From an uncultured Candidatus Saccharibacteria bacterium (GTDB taxonomy: Bacteria; Patescibacteriota; Minisyncoccia; Phycocordibacterales; Zambryskibacteraceae), in NCBI GenBank assembly GCA_964446535.1, contig CAYUOR010000002.1, positions 43,372 through 107,371 on the forward strand: a stretch of 64,000 bases of DNA. Direction: 5' to 3'. Position numbers and translations under genes: made by a program. Shown here piece by piece: positions 63,254 through 64,000 of this stretch. The notes under the pieces were generated by a model that was not told the DNA's origin, did no database searches, and saw only the letters and a program-made list of their open reading frames with translations. Numbering within the stretch: position 1 is the stretch's first letter; every line of letters begins with the position of its first letter.

Positions 63254-64000
63254 ATCTTCACAACAAAATATTCCCAGTGGATGGCAAGAAACCAAACTTC
63301 TTGATTGTCTTCGCATTCCATCAAAGCTTTCGGGTATAAAACTTTCTGAATATGAGAAAGAGGGTGATTTTCCTGTTTTTGATCAGGGGCAAGATTATAT
63401 TAGTGGATTTTCATCAAACAAAGACTTAGTGGTTAAAGATGTCCCTGCAATACTTTTTGGTGACCACACTCGTATTGTGAAATATATAAAAAGTCCATTT
63501 GTTGCAGGAGCCGACGGAACCAAAATATTTTGGGCAAAAGATGGTTTTGATCCAACATTTCTTTATTATTTGGTTTTGAGTCAAAAAATTCCCAATACTG
63601 GATATAACCGACATTTCAAATTTTTCAAAGATATAAAAGTAATAATTCCTGAATCTAAAACCGAACAACAAAAAATTGCAGAGATTTTGGGGACGGTGGA
63701 TGAGGATATTGCGAAAACAAAGGAAGTAATTCAAGCGACAGAAAAGCTTAAGCGAGGGCTTATGCAACAGCTCTTTACTCGCGGGATTGGGCATACAAAA
63801 TTTAAGGAAACAAAAATCGGACAGATTCCTGAGGACTGGGAATTAGTGAAGATGAAAAATATTTGTACAGTAAGACAAGGTCTTCAAATTGCAATTTCTC
63901 AAAGATTTTCAGAGTATAAAGAAGGTAGATACAAATATATTACTTTGAAAAGCATAAAAGAGAATATTTATGATTATATTGAATCACCTAAACAGTCAGT
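63243..64000 (+). CDS. hsdS: Type I restriction-modification specificity subunit HsdS (partial, runs off window end)
   Basis: target-recognition-domain hallmarks: N-terminal LP.GW...L, DYISGFSSNKDLV (Methylase_S); central conserved helix KIAEILG..D..I..T...I.....LK.GLMQQLFTRG; start of a second TRD. Confidence 0.75.
   Translation, partial: MSIKSSQQNIPSGWQETKLLDCLRIPSKLSGIKLSEYEKEGDFPVFDQGQDYISGFSSNKDLVVKDVPAILFGDHTRIVKYIKSPFVAGADGTKIFWAKDGFDPTFLYYLVLSQKIPNTGYNRHFKFFKDIKVIIPESKTEQQKIAEILGTVDEDIAKTKEVIQATEKLKRGLMQQLFTRGIGHTKFKETKIGQIPEDWELVKMKNICTVRQGLQIAISQRFSEYKEGRYKYITLKSIKENIYDYIESPKQS

Overview
This is a gene-dense window from what looks like a small-genome, Candidate Phyla Radiation/Patescibacteria-like bacterium. 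That call is an inference from the reduced ribosomal proteins (no L30 gene, short L15 and L3), a Gram-positive-style type IV pilus with no PilQ/PilMNO, ComEC, and compact overlapping genes.

Content in order:
- nusA 3' end, ppa, clpP, rny, hup, cca.
- A tRNA cluster: Arg, Gly and three consecutive tRNA-Pro, interspersed with two acceptor-stem minihelix repeats.
- yraN, xth.
- Two paralogous giant Ser/Thr/Gly-rich surface proteins next to a type IV pilus locus (pilB, pilC, three prepilin-like genes and a large PilX-N-like protein).
- tpiA-pgk, HIT, a lamin-tail-domain membrane protein, recJ, rnhA.
- comEC split into a channel half and a metallo-beta-lactamase half by an antisense sodA.
- rpmB and an M50 peptidase.
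- The str/S10/spc ribosomal cluster (rpsL to secY, adk, map, ndk), with rplJ-rplL plus two non-ribosomal genes inserted between rplB and rpsS.
- A promoter-and-terminator-bounded small ncRNA candidate.
- rplT-rpmI-infC, a DUF1003 gene, a cluster of small accessory ORFs, then ssrA (tmRNA, identified by its conserved 5' and 3' ends) downstream of smpB.
- ftsH, several small membrane proteins, and a tRNA-Ile with the unusual anticodon UAU.
- recG, a MacAB-like efflux trio, and DUF167.
- A Type I restriction-modification operon at the window end: hsdM carries an N-terminal MerR/excisionase-type helix-turn-helix domain, a ClpP-like peptidase gene sits between hsdM and hsdS with overlapping reading frames, and there are CTATGAAAT direct repeats upstream.

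The candidate new system is this ClpP-like-containing, HTH-fused Type I RM operon. The pilus, adhesin and ComEC arrangement is the second notable block.
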